Shown here in pieces: positions 49,233 to 60,451 of a DNA stretch of 64,000 nt (position 1 is its first letter; the number at the start of each line of letters is the position of its first letter). The notes under the pieces are model-generated. The model worked only from the letters and a program-made list of their open reading frames with translations. It was not told where the DNA came from and ran no database searches. Source of the DNA: Scyliorhinus canicula (lineage: Eukaryota); NCBI RefSeq assembly GCF_902713615.1, contig NC_052158.1, positions 41,345,729-41,409,728 of the forward strand. The letters are read 5' to 3'. The translations under genes and the position numbers were made by a program.

Positions 49233-49410
49233 AGGGGCTGTTTAGCTCACTGGGCTAAATCGCTGGTTTTGAAAGCAGACCAAGGCAAGCCAGCAGCACG
49301 GTTCGATTCCTGTAACAGCCTCCCCGAACAGGCGCCGGAATGTGGCGACTAGGGGCTTTTCACAGTAACTTCATTTGAAGCCTACTCGTGACAATAAGCG
49401 ATTTTCATTC
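49233..49410 (+). mobile_element. Short SINE with a different tRNA-like head and the shared 3' tail
   Basis: ggggctgtttagctcactgg (A box)..ggttcgattcc (B box)..aacaggcgccggaatgtggcgactagggg tail. Confidence 0.8.
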
Positions 49411-50046
49411 AGATTCATGAGGCTGAATGGCTTACTCTTGCTCCTTGTTCATATGTCTGATCTATTTCCCATCACTCTCCCCTTCACGCTCTCCCTTCCT
49501 TTGATACCTTTCTATGCTCACTCTGTCGCAGAAATTCCCCACTCCCTTTCTCATACCCTCTCCCTTACTCTCTTGCTTTTCCTTCATTCTTGCCTTCTCC
49601 CTTATACTCTCTCACATTCCTTTTGCATTTCAATCTCCTTCTCATTGGCTCCCATGTCCCCTGCCTCTTTGCTCATTCACCAAATCCTCACCCTATTTCT
49701 CCCTCTCCCACTGTCTTCTACTCTCAGGAAATGCCTCATAACCTCTCTTCCTCTCTACCTCTCTTTCATCTTTGAAGACATTCCTTTAAACCTCCACGTA
49801 CGATCAACTTATCGTCACTTCTCAAAATATCACATAGTTCAGTGTCAAATAATGCTTTGAAAAACTGCTGTGAACCACCTGGGTTATTATATTAAACAGA
49901 CTATATGAATAAAAGCTGCTGTTATTGCTATATTTAGAGACAGGGGCCGGAATTCTCCCATGGTCAGGATTCACATTTCCCACTGGTAGTGAACCCCCAC
50001 CCTGGGGTTTTGCAGTAGTGTAAGGTGGCTTTAATGGGAAATCCCA

Positions 50047-50348
50047 TTAATAATAATAATCTTTATTATTGTCACAAGTAGGCTTACGTTAACACTGCAA
50101 TTAAGTTACTGTGAAAAGCCCGGAGTCGCCACACTCCGGCGCCTGTTCGGGTACACAGAGGGAGAATTCAGAATGTCCAATTCACCAAACAAGCACGTCT
50201 TTCGGGACTTGTGGGAGGAAACCAGAGCACCCGGAGGAAACCCACTAACACGGGGAGAATGTGCAGACTCTGCACAGACAGTGACCCAAGCCGGGAATCG
50301 AACCTGGGACCCTGGCGCTGTGAAGCAATAGTGCCAACAACGGTGCAA
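50047..50348 (-). mobile_element. tRNA-derived SINE
   Basis: (TTA)n tail and reverse-complement body as at 7888. Confidence 0.9.
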
Positions 50349-50802
50349 CCATTAATAAGCAGCAGGAGCTTAGAATCCCATCACCAGCGAACTGCTCGCC
50401 ACAAGAAACACGCAGCTGGGGAACCAGAGAATCCAGTCCAGGACCTTCACTATTGTGTGTTATATTTACTGTAGTTTAGAGACTGGATCCTCACTGGTGT
50501 GTGTTATATTTACTGTAGTTTAGAGACTGCATCCTTACTGGTGTGTTATATTTACTGTAGTTTATTGATGGATCCTCACTGGTGTGTGTTATATTTACTG
50601 TAGGTTATTGACTGGATCCTCACTGGTGTGTGTTATATTTACTGGATTCTCAGTGCTGTATGGTATATGTACTCTTGACCTTCGGTGCCTGCCATGTAGT
50701 GAGTGATTGCACATTTGGTAGACTCTGCTGGGAGTAATTCCACATCAGGTGGAACTGCTTCGTCCTTTGTCACCTGATTGAAAGTGTGTTTGCTTGGAGG
50801 GA

Positions 50803-51720
50803 GTAAGGAAGGGAAGAAGAGAGGAAGGGAGGAAGGTGGGAAAGGAGGAAGGGTGGAAGGAAGGATGGAAAGAAGGGTGGAAGGAAGGTTGGAAGGAAGG
50901 GTGGAAGGCAGGGTGGAAGGAAGGGTGGAAGGAAGGAAGGAAGGGTGCAAGGAAGGAAGGATGAAAGAAAGGATGGAAGGAAGGCAGGAAGCGAGGAAGG
51001 AGGGAAGGAAGGGTGGAATGAAGGGTGGAAAAAATGGTGGAAGGACGGACGGCTGGAAGGAAGGAAGGGTGGAGGGAAGGAAGAGTGGAGGGAAGGAAGA
51101 GTGGAGGGAAGGAAGGGTGGTGGAAGGGAGGGTAGAAAGAAGGAACAGTGGAAGGAAGGAAGGAAGGAATGAAGGAAGGAGGGAAGGAAGGAAGAGTGGA
51201 ATGAAGGGTAGAAAGAATGGTGGAGGGTAGGAAGGAAAGAAGGAAGGATGGAAGGAAGGGTGGGAGAAAGGGTGAGAGGAAGGAAGGAAAGGAGGAAGGA
51301 AGGAAGGGTGGAAGGCAGGAAGGAATGAAAGAGGGGTGGAAGGAAGGAAGGAAGGATGGAAGGGAGGAAGGAGGGAAGTAAGAAAGGAAAGGTGGAAGGA
51401 AGGGTGGAAAGGTGGAAGGAAGGGAGGAAGAAGGGAAGGAAGGAAGGTAGGAAGGGTAAAATGAAGGGTGGAAATAATTGTGGAGGGAAGGAAGGAATGG
51501 AGGAAGGAGGGAAGGAAAAATGGAAAGAATGGTGAATGGACGGAAGGCTGGAAGGAATGGTGGAAGGAAGGAAGAAAGTGTGGAAGGAACATATGTGGAA
51601 GGGTGGAAGGAAGAAATGCGGAAGGAAGGAAGGACAAAAGTATAGAAGATTGGATGGAAGGAAGGAAGGATGGAAGAAGGAAGGAAGGGTGGAAGGAAGA
51701 GTGGAAGAAAGGAAAGAGGG
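50803..51720. repeat. ~0.9-kb (GGAA)n-like polypurine tract
   Basis: Almost pure G/A on the plus strand; ggaa and gggtggaa units. Confidence 0.97.
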
Positions 51721-51758
51721 TTGGTGGGTTGGGCTGGATGTGGCGAATAATTGTGACA

Positions 51759-53010
51759 CATTGGTGGGGTAGGGTGTCTTTGATCGTTCCCCCAAGGTGA
51801 GTAGAGTGCGCAGGGCATCGAGGAGGAGGCCAAAGGCGGGGGAGCCACTGAGAAGGAAACGAGCTGAGGATCAACCAGTTCCAATTCGATTTCAATCGGA
51901 TCAAGGCATTGGTGGGGTAGGGTGTCTTTGATCGTTCCCCCAAGGTGAGTAGAGTGCGCAGGGCATCGAGGAGGAGGCCAAAGGTGGGGGAGCCACTGGG
52001 AAGGAAACGAGCTGAGGATCAACCAGTTCCAATTCGATTTCAATCGGATCAAGGCTGCCCTCTACAAGGAAGGGGTGAAGTGTGGGGTGTTGTATCATAG
52101 AATTTACAGTGTAGAAGGAGGCCATTTGGCCCATTGAGTCTGCACCGGTTCTTGGAAAGAGCACCCTAGGTAAGCACACACCTCCACCCTATCCTTGTAA
52201 CCGCATCTCAGCTTTTTGGACACGAAGGGCAATTTATCATGGCCAATCCATCTAACCTGTACATCTTTGGACTGTGGGAGGAAACCGGAGTACCCAGAGG
52301 AAACCCACTCAGACACGGGGAGAACGTGCAGACTCCGCACAGACAGTGACCCAAGCCGGGAATTGAACCTGGGACCCTGGAGCTGTGAAGCAACTGTGCT
52401 ACGCACTATGCTACCGTGCTGCTCATTATATCCTGCTCGTCTGTAGGTCAGGCACCACAATTGAGACTTTTCTTTTGACAAGCTGGAAGAGGCGTGTGGA
52501 GTGGGAGATGTGTAAGGACATTGAACTTTGGAGATGTTGATGTGCGGAGTGTGGGTCTGCATATGGGGTGGATTGTTGTATTAAATGTGGCTGCGTGTGG
52601 AATGGGTAAGTGTGTTCTACTTGGGGAACTGTTGGTGAAGGGTGGCTGGGGGGTGATGGAGGGGGGTAAGCGGTGGCCTTGAGTTGGAGCCACTGTGCCA
52701 AATGGTTGGCTAGTTAACAGGAGTGAAGTGGGGGGGCTCGATCTGTGAAGGGTATGGGTGAGATGGGGGGGCGCAGTTGGGCTTTCTAGTCCTTTGTTTA
52801 TGGTGGGGATGCTGACGTGGGTGGAGTTGCTGTGGCACAGTTGGTTAAGGGGAGATGGTGGCAGACATCTTGGGGAGGGCCCAAGGGTGAACCTGGGGGA
52901 GCTGGTTAAAGAGGTGCAACGGCTAATCGGCAAGGGGGGGCTGGCGCGGGCGCAGGGAGTGTCCCGACCCGGCTGATTACGTGGAACATTCGGGGTTTGA
53001 ATATCCTGGT
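51759..53010 (+). mobile_element. L1-like LINE fragment: ORF1 C-terminus, inter-ORF region and ORF2 start
   Basis: FNRIKAALYKEGVKCGVLY|SINE|LYPARL (ORF1 CTD) and TRLITWNIRGLN (APE start, about 52962-53000). Confidence 0.75.
52096..52422 (-). mobile_element. tRNA-derived SINE inserted in L1 ORF1
   Basis: catagaatttacag tail; reverse-complement head. Confidence 0.92.
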
Positions 53011-53058
53011 TATAGGTCTCGGGATTTCGGATATCTCATCGGTTTGAAGGCAGACTTT

Positions 53059-54495
53059 GGGCTGGATTCTCCGTTTCCGACACGGTGTTGACGCTGATGC
53101 AGTGGAGTTCCTCGACAGCAAAACCGGCGTTGCACTTGGACCGATTCCACTCCTATTAAGGGGCTGGCACCGGCGCCACATGGAACACAATCAATTCCAA
53201 TAAGAAACGGTGCCGGATTCGCCAGCTTTGCGATTGAAATTCAGGAGACTGACAAGCTGTAGCCACATATACACATGGCACTCTCCACACACACCATCCC
53301 AGCTAACAAGATGGCAGAAAGACGCACGGCTCCACATTTAGCGGACGCAGAGCTTGAGACCCTCCTGGACGTCATGGAGTAGAGGCGGTTGACCCTGTGA
53401 CCAGGCCCGGGAAGGAAGTTGCCAGCCGCCGACATTTGTCGTACCTGGGAACAGGTGGCAGAGGCTGTGAGCGCCGTGGGCAACACCATCCGGACCGGCC
53501 AGCAGTGCTGGAAAAAACTGCATGACCTCCTCAGGTCAGCCAGGGTGAGTAGGCTACACTGTGCCCCTGGCACCAACCCTCGGCCCACACACCCGTAACC
53601 CCACCGCCCTCAACCTGGAGGGCACTGAATCCCCACCCTGCACCATATGCTGGCACCCACACCGGCCACCATGGCCAGGTGCCCTTGGGGAAACCACCTT
53701 GGGCTGCATGCATTGGACTGGCTAACACTGTCGTTTTTTGTTCCCCGCCCACCCGCCCAGGAGAAGGCCGCCCATAACCGCCGGGAATGGGAGAAGACAG
53801 GAGCGGGACCTGCGGTCTCTCATCATATCAGAGCAGATGGCTCTGGACGTGGTCGGTGACCCGGAGGAAAGGGAGGTCGCCGGGGAGGAGTTCAGCCACG
53901 GGCGAGGAAGTGAGACCTCACTGAGTTGCGGTTCCCATGTGTGTGTTACCACCTCCCCCCCCCCCCCCCCCCCCCGCTCCGGCGCCCACCCACATCCCCA
54001 CCTCAGCCCCACACCACCCTCACCCCAACACCACCCACACCCTGACACCACCCTCATCTTCACCCTCACCCTCACCTTACTCCACCCCAACCCTCACCAC
54101 GCCCTCACCCCATCCACATCCACATGACTCCCCCGGCCTGACTTCGAATCATGCTTCTTGTCTTGTGGATTGCAGGAGCTGCTGGAGATGGGGCGTGCCC
54201 TTCTGGTGTCCCCCACCCCCAGCCACTGCCACAGACGGGACCTCCCTGGGAGCAAAGCACTGACAAGGAGGGCAGCTCGGACCTTCCACCGGAAATGCAG
54301 GAGCTCGAGTCCCGGGGATGACAATTACTTTCCGTCACAGCTGTCTCAAATATCCTCCATCATCCCACAGACACTCACCTCCGTTGGGCATTTTGAGGCT
54401 CGTGTGACATATCTGGTGCGCACCACACAGCTGATCCGGTACAACAGGTGGAAGTAGGAACTCCCGAGGAGGGCGGTTGGTCGGAGAGCAGGCCG
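53059..54495 (+). mobile_element. PIF/Harbinger-like element fragment
   Basis: TIR-like start GGGCTGGATTCTCCG and a spliced Myb/SANT-like gene; right end not found. Confidence 0.65.
53311..53909 (+). pseudogene. Harbinger Myb/SANT-like DNA-binding gene remnant (exons 53311-53544 and 53761-53909)
   Basis: MAERRTAPHLADAELETLLDV..WEQVAEAVSAVG..RTGQQCWKKLHDL|gtgagt..cag|EKAAHNRRE..KTGAGP; two in-frame stops. Confidence 0.75.
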
Positions 54496-54646
54496 ACTGT
54501 AGTTTATTGACTGGATCCTCACTGGTGTGTGTTATATTTACTGTAGTTTATTGACTGGATCCTCACTGGTGTGTGTTATATTTACTGTAGTTTATTGACT
54601 GGATCCTCACTGGTGTGTGTTATATTTACTGTACGTTAATGACTGG

Positions 54647-57600
54647 TGTAGTGATCTGTACATCTGTACATATATCTGCACATACACCAGGGACTACAGA
54701 CAGATGTAACAGCCACAGCATCACTAGAGGGCAGCATCAGAGACGGATCCAGCCCAAGGGAGGATCCGCCTCTTTCAGAAGCACAGGGCTAGTGAGCAGC
54801 TCAGAGACAGCTCAGCATAGACAGTTTACCTTAGCCTCACTGGTCATATTTCTTGCCTGTATTGTATCTAGTTAAGCTCTGGAAACAGAAATAACCCATT
54901 GAATAAAGTATTTGTGTTAACTGGAAATCTACAATTTTTATTCAGACTTAGAGAATAACATATGATACCAAGAGTGATTTCAGAATGCTAGCTAGACACC
55001 AACAAGAGAAGAAAAGCTTAAACCGGATATTCGACTGTGGAAGACTTTGCAGCAAATGGATCCTCGACGACTAACTGATTCGATGGAACTTGCTGGAAAC
55101 AACCGGTAATTTAAGTTATAACTGGAAAACAGCTGTTCCAAATATTTATCACAGCTAATGATTTAAGCACTGCCTCTGATACAACGAAAATAGCCCTCAA
55201 CAGGAGAGCATGAAGCTAGAGAAATCTATAATTGCTTTAATTACTTAGAAGGGGAGGACAACACCAAAGTAGACATTATACTCAAAAAAATTTCTGAACG
55301 CTGTAACAGTCGGTCCGGTGAAATGCTGGAAAGATTTAACTCTTGTCAGAGAAACGGAGGGCGCATCTCTGATTTTATTACAAATCTCAAGTTAATACCA
55401 CAAGGCTGTGAGTATGCTGGTTTCAGAGACACTGTGATAATGCATCAATTAATTTCTGGACTATGATAAAAATTTGAGGGAAGAACTTTCACAAAATAAG
55501 TATCTAACTCTGGAAATCGCTATACAAAAATACCTTGCTTATGAACAAAAACAAAATCAGTACTTTGAGTCTCTGCAAACACAGAATCATCATTTAGAAA
55601 ACAAAATCGGTAAAAATGGCGTGAACACTCACCACGAGGTGGAGGCAGGTTTGAATCGGAGAAAGACGGAGGTTCTGAGCGGCAGCCATCTTGGGAAAGG
55701 AGGCGCACATGCTCAGTTGCGAAAAGAGGGCACAGTACAAGAAACACGGTGTGCGCATGGGCAATCGAGTCCTACGCATGACGTCATGAGCGTCATGACG
55801 TCAGAGGACCAGGACCTCGCCCACTTAAAAGGGAAATGCACGAAAATGAACAAAAATAAATTTAAAGCTGCAAAACCCAATTTTCTTGCCTCAAAAGACA
55901 GAACAATGTGCGAACTTACACCAGAAGTTGAAAATAACTTTCACAACACCCTGGAACAAGCAGTTAGCACCGCCCTAGAAGATGATATGGTCCTTGTAGA
56001 CTACGACTCAGATGAAGATTTAATCTTGGGAGATGGCTACCCCGGTACCAATTCCGAACCGCAACTAGAGGTGTTGTACCTTGAAGACCCCAACGATGAG
56101 TTCTTCGGAATAGGGAACCTTCAGCCCAGCTTATATGATATCCCGACTCGTGAGTGCAGGATTATGCTGCGGCTTGACGCCAAGAAACAGAGAATGGTCC
56201 ATGCACCACGAAGGGTCCCAGCCTCCACACAAGAAGATGATTTGTTCATTGAACATGAAGAGAACGATCACAACTCCGAAACAAAAAGCGATGATTTGTT
56301 CAATGAACAATACACACAATACTGCTCAGACATGGCTGAGTTATTCGGATATCCTGATCACAGCATCAGCAACACGGATGAAAAGCTCAATACGACTCAT
56401 GATGCTATGGCAGATCATCGATACATTGGATGACAGCAATACCCAAGACGAAGACTACGCCACACAAGAGCACAGAACGACTCAGTTGAGAGTGCACAGA
56501 TCGATTCAACAGCGAGAACACTGCACAACTCCACAGAGAGCGATGACAGACTCCACAGAGAGAACGATGACAGACTCCATAGAGAGAGCGATGACAGACT
56601 CCACAGAGAGAGCGATGAAGGACTCCACAGAGAGAGCGATGACAAACTCAACAGAGAAAGCGATGAAGGACTCCACAGAGCGATGAAAGATTCCACAAAG
56701 AGAGTGACGCAAGCCTCCACAGACAGCTCGGTGACGGACTCAAAAATGGAAGCAAGCAAATACTCCATAGTGAACGCCATGCATGTACAAGACCATGAAG
56801 GTCTATCAAGCTTATTTGAGCCACCAGAAGAAGACACTGAATATCTACCCACTGCATGTGAGACAAGTGACGAAGAAATCACAATTCCCATACAGGATGT
56901 GCAGGATCACAGCGAGACTGACATATCTCAGCTCATCTGCACAGAAGCACTCAATAATCAGAGGACGGCCACTCATGAGTCCAGAGAGACCATGTCAATT
57001 GAAATATTGAAGATTTTGACTCCAGATGAGAGCACCAAGAGTCCAGAGAGACCACGTCAATAGAAATCTTGAAGATTTTGACTCCAGAAAAGGAGCACTA
57101 CGACCCACAACAAAATGAAATTGCGAAGATTTTTACTCCAAAAAAGGAGCACAAGGAGATCACAGATGATTCAAATGAACCTGAAATGACTCCAAAAGAG
57201 CACCAAGAAATCAATGATGATTCCAGTGAACCAGAAATGACTCTAGAAGAAAAGTACCAAGTAAGCAAAGAAGATGAATCAAATCCACCACAAATGACTG
57301 ATGTCACTAACATTAATGCAACATCAGAATCATTCTCACAATTCTCAAGAAGATACGCTCAATGTAGCAGATACCACAAAGGACACTGACACCAATAACT
57401 GTGACAATGACTCAAATCATCCACATGGCACACTCATTGAGCGCAACAAGGACAACAAAAACTGCAAGAAGCACAGCAGAAACAAGAAAAACAACAGCAA
57501 CAAGAAAAACAACATGCAGCGCAAAAGAACGACAAAAGCAACAAGAAGCATCCCAGAAACAACAAGCACAACAAAAAACAGAACATGAATAAAAGTGAAA

Positions 57601-59112
57601 ACAACCAAAACAGAATCAACAAGCGTGACAAAAAGAACAACATGAATGACAACAACAAGAACACCAACGAAAACAACCAAGACAGAAACGACAAAAACAA
57701 CAAGAACGACAACGAAAACAATAAAGACAGAAACAAAAGAAACAACAACAATGAAACAACGACCTGTACAACATTGCGCAACTCTGCAAGTGAAGGACAA
57801 TGCCACAGCACACTGCGAAACAATGACAAGACTACAAACATGCCATGGCATGATAAAGAATCTCACGAATTCACATCTGCTCCAGAACAAACAAGCAAAG
57901 CTGTTTTCACGAACGATGACATACAGAATCAATACCACAAACACAGGAAAAAGTCGAGGTCAGACAACGGTGTGACACATAACCGCTACCCACAATCAAA
58001 TGGAACAGGGGGAAAAGGTGTCCACATCATTAAACAACTCATCAGCAAAGCAGCCGAGTCACGTTCCGACATCAACTTAGCTCTGTTATTGTACTGTGCA
58101 ACCCCACTGAGCTGAGGACTGTCGCCAGCACAAATGCTCTTCGGCAGAGACATCCGGCCAACCCTACCAGCAAAGCAATTCTGAGACACCTACAACGCAC
58201 CGTTTCTCATCGACATGCGGGCACTATGCTCCAAACAAAAACTATACTACGATCAATATGCGATCCCACTCAAGCCACTGATAATAGGTGACACCATCAG
58301 AGTCAGGGACCAAGAAGGCGGATGGTCTGAGTCAGCTACGGTGATCAGGCAGGAGGCACCGCGCTCCTACATTGTCAAATCGTCTGCGGGAGTACTTTTT
58401 CGCCGTAACCGCCGGGATCTATTAGAGATTCGACCTACAATGCCAGTATTTCCCACACTGGACTTGACCGAGTCCATTTGTCCACAGGACATTTCGTCAC
58501 ACAACGCCAGACAGTACTCTCGATGACATCAAACCATCATCCCTAATACCACTGTTAAGACGCTCCAGCAGAAGCCGTAAGGCACCCGACCGCTAGATTT
58601 GTAACCACACTTCAATACACGCACAAGATGAATATGGACATTTCTCACGATGGACTCACAACACAGTTCATTGTTTCTGTATTACTTTTATCATTTTCAC
58701 AGTGTGCAGATTTGCATGTTCTCACCACTTGTTATGTACAGTTTTCTTGAGGCCAGTCTAGAAAACATGTCCAATAAAAGAGGGGGGGGGGTGTAGTGAT
58801 CTGTACATCTGTACATATATCTGCACATACACCAGGGACTACAGATAGATGTAACAGCCACAGCATCACTAGAGGGCAGCATCAGAGACGGATCCAGCCC
58901 AAGGGACGATCCGCCTCTTTCAGAAGCACAGGGCTAGTGAGCAGCAGCAGACATAGACAGCTCAGCATAGGCATTTTACCTTAGCCTCACTGGTCATACC
59001 TCTTGACTGTATTATATCTAGTTAAGCTCTGGAAACAGAATTAACCCACTGAATAAAGCATTTGTGTTAACTGGAAATCTACAATCTTTATTCAGACTTA
59101 GAGAATAACATA
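54647..59112 (+). mobile_element. Non-autonomous Ty3/Gypsy (Mag-like) LTR element lacking RT and RNase H
   Basis: LTRs 54647-54962 and 58792-59112; TSD ACTGG; PBS TGATACCAAGAGTG (tRNA-Leu(UAA)-like); PPT aaaagaggggggggg; gag remnant and IN C-terminal remnant (YPQSNG..GLSPAQMLFGR..RRNRRDL). Confidence 0.92.
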
Positions 59113-60451
59113 ACTGGTTCTACCCTAGTGTGTGTTAAATTTCCTGCAGTTTAGAGACTGGATCCTCAATGGTGTGTGGTATATTTCCTGTAGTTTATTA
59201 ACTGGATCCTCACTGATATGTTCTATATTTACTGCACTTTATTGACTGAATCGTCAGTTGTGTGTGTGATATTTACTGTAGGTTAGAGACTGGATCCTCA
59301 CTGGTGTGTGTTTGATTTACTGTCGTTTATTGACTGGGTCCTCACTGGTCTGTGTTATATTGACTGTAGTTTACAATCCGGATCTGCTCTGATGTGTCAT
59401 ATTTACTGTAGTTTAGAGGTTCGATAATGACTGGTGTGTATTCTACTTAGTGTAGGTTATTGATGGATCCACACTGGTCTGTGTTATATTTACAGTAGTT
59501 TATTGACTGGAGCTTTAACTGGTGTGCGTTATATTTACTGCAGCTTATTGACCGGATCCTTACTGGTCTGTGTTACTTTTACTGTCAGTTAGAGACAAGA
59601 CCCTCACTGGTGTGTGTTATATTTTGGGTAGTTTATTGACTAGGTCCTCACTCATGTATGCTATATTTACAGTACTGTATTTATTGTCTCATCATTGGTG
59701 TATATTATATTCACTGTAGTTTAGTCTGGTTCCTCACTGATGTGTGTTATATTTACTGTAGTTTAGAGACTGGATCCTCACTGATATGTTATATATTTAC
59801 TGTTGTTTATTTACTGGGTCCTCACTGGTCTGTGTTATATTGACTGTAGTTTACAATCCGGATCCGCTCTGATGTGTCATATTTACTGTAGTTTACAGGT
59901 TCGATAATGACTGGTGTGTATTCTACTTAGAGTAGGTTATTGATGGATCCACACTGGTCTGTGTTATATTTACTGCAATTTATTGACTGGATACTCACAA
60001 GTGTGTGTTATATTTACGGCTGTTTTTGACTGGATCCTTACTGGTGTGTTTTATATTTACTGTAGTTTATTGAATAGATACTCTCTGGTGTGTGTTATAT
60101 TTACTGTAGTTTAGTGACTGGATCCTCACGGTGTATGTCATATTTAGTGTATTTTATTGACTGATCCTCACGGTGTGTGTTATGTTTTCTGTCGTTTGGA
60201 GACTGGAACCTCACTGGTGTGTGTTATATTTACTGTAGTTTAGAGTTTGGATCGTCACCGTGTGTGCTATAATTACTGTCGTTTCGAGATTGAATCGTCA
60301 TTGGTGTGTGTTATATTTACTGTCGTTTATAGTCAGGTTCCTCACAGGTGTGTGTTACATTTGCTGTAGTTTATTGACTGGATCCTCACTGGTGTGTGTT
60401 ATATTTACTGTAGTTTAGAGACTGGATCCTCACTGGTGTGTGTTATGTTAT

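Larger units (their letters stand above)
50435..60451. repeat. 44-bp satellite in three pieces (50435-50675, 54496-54646, 59113-60451), separated by insertions
   Basis: Unit ttactgtagtttattgactggatcctcactggtgtgtgttatat. Confidence 0.92.

Noticed and set aside
50639-52052. Pro/Ser/Phe-rich and Glu/Gly/Lys-rich ORFs
   Set aside because: Translations of the (GGAA)n tract.
50641-54499. ACTG flanking a 3.85-kb block as an apparent TSD
   Set aside because: 50641-50675 is itself a degenerate satellite unit and ACTG occurs in every unit, so the match is trivial.
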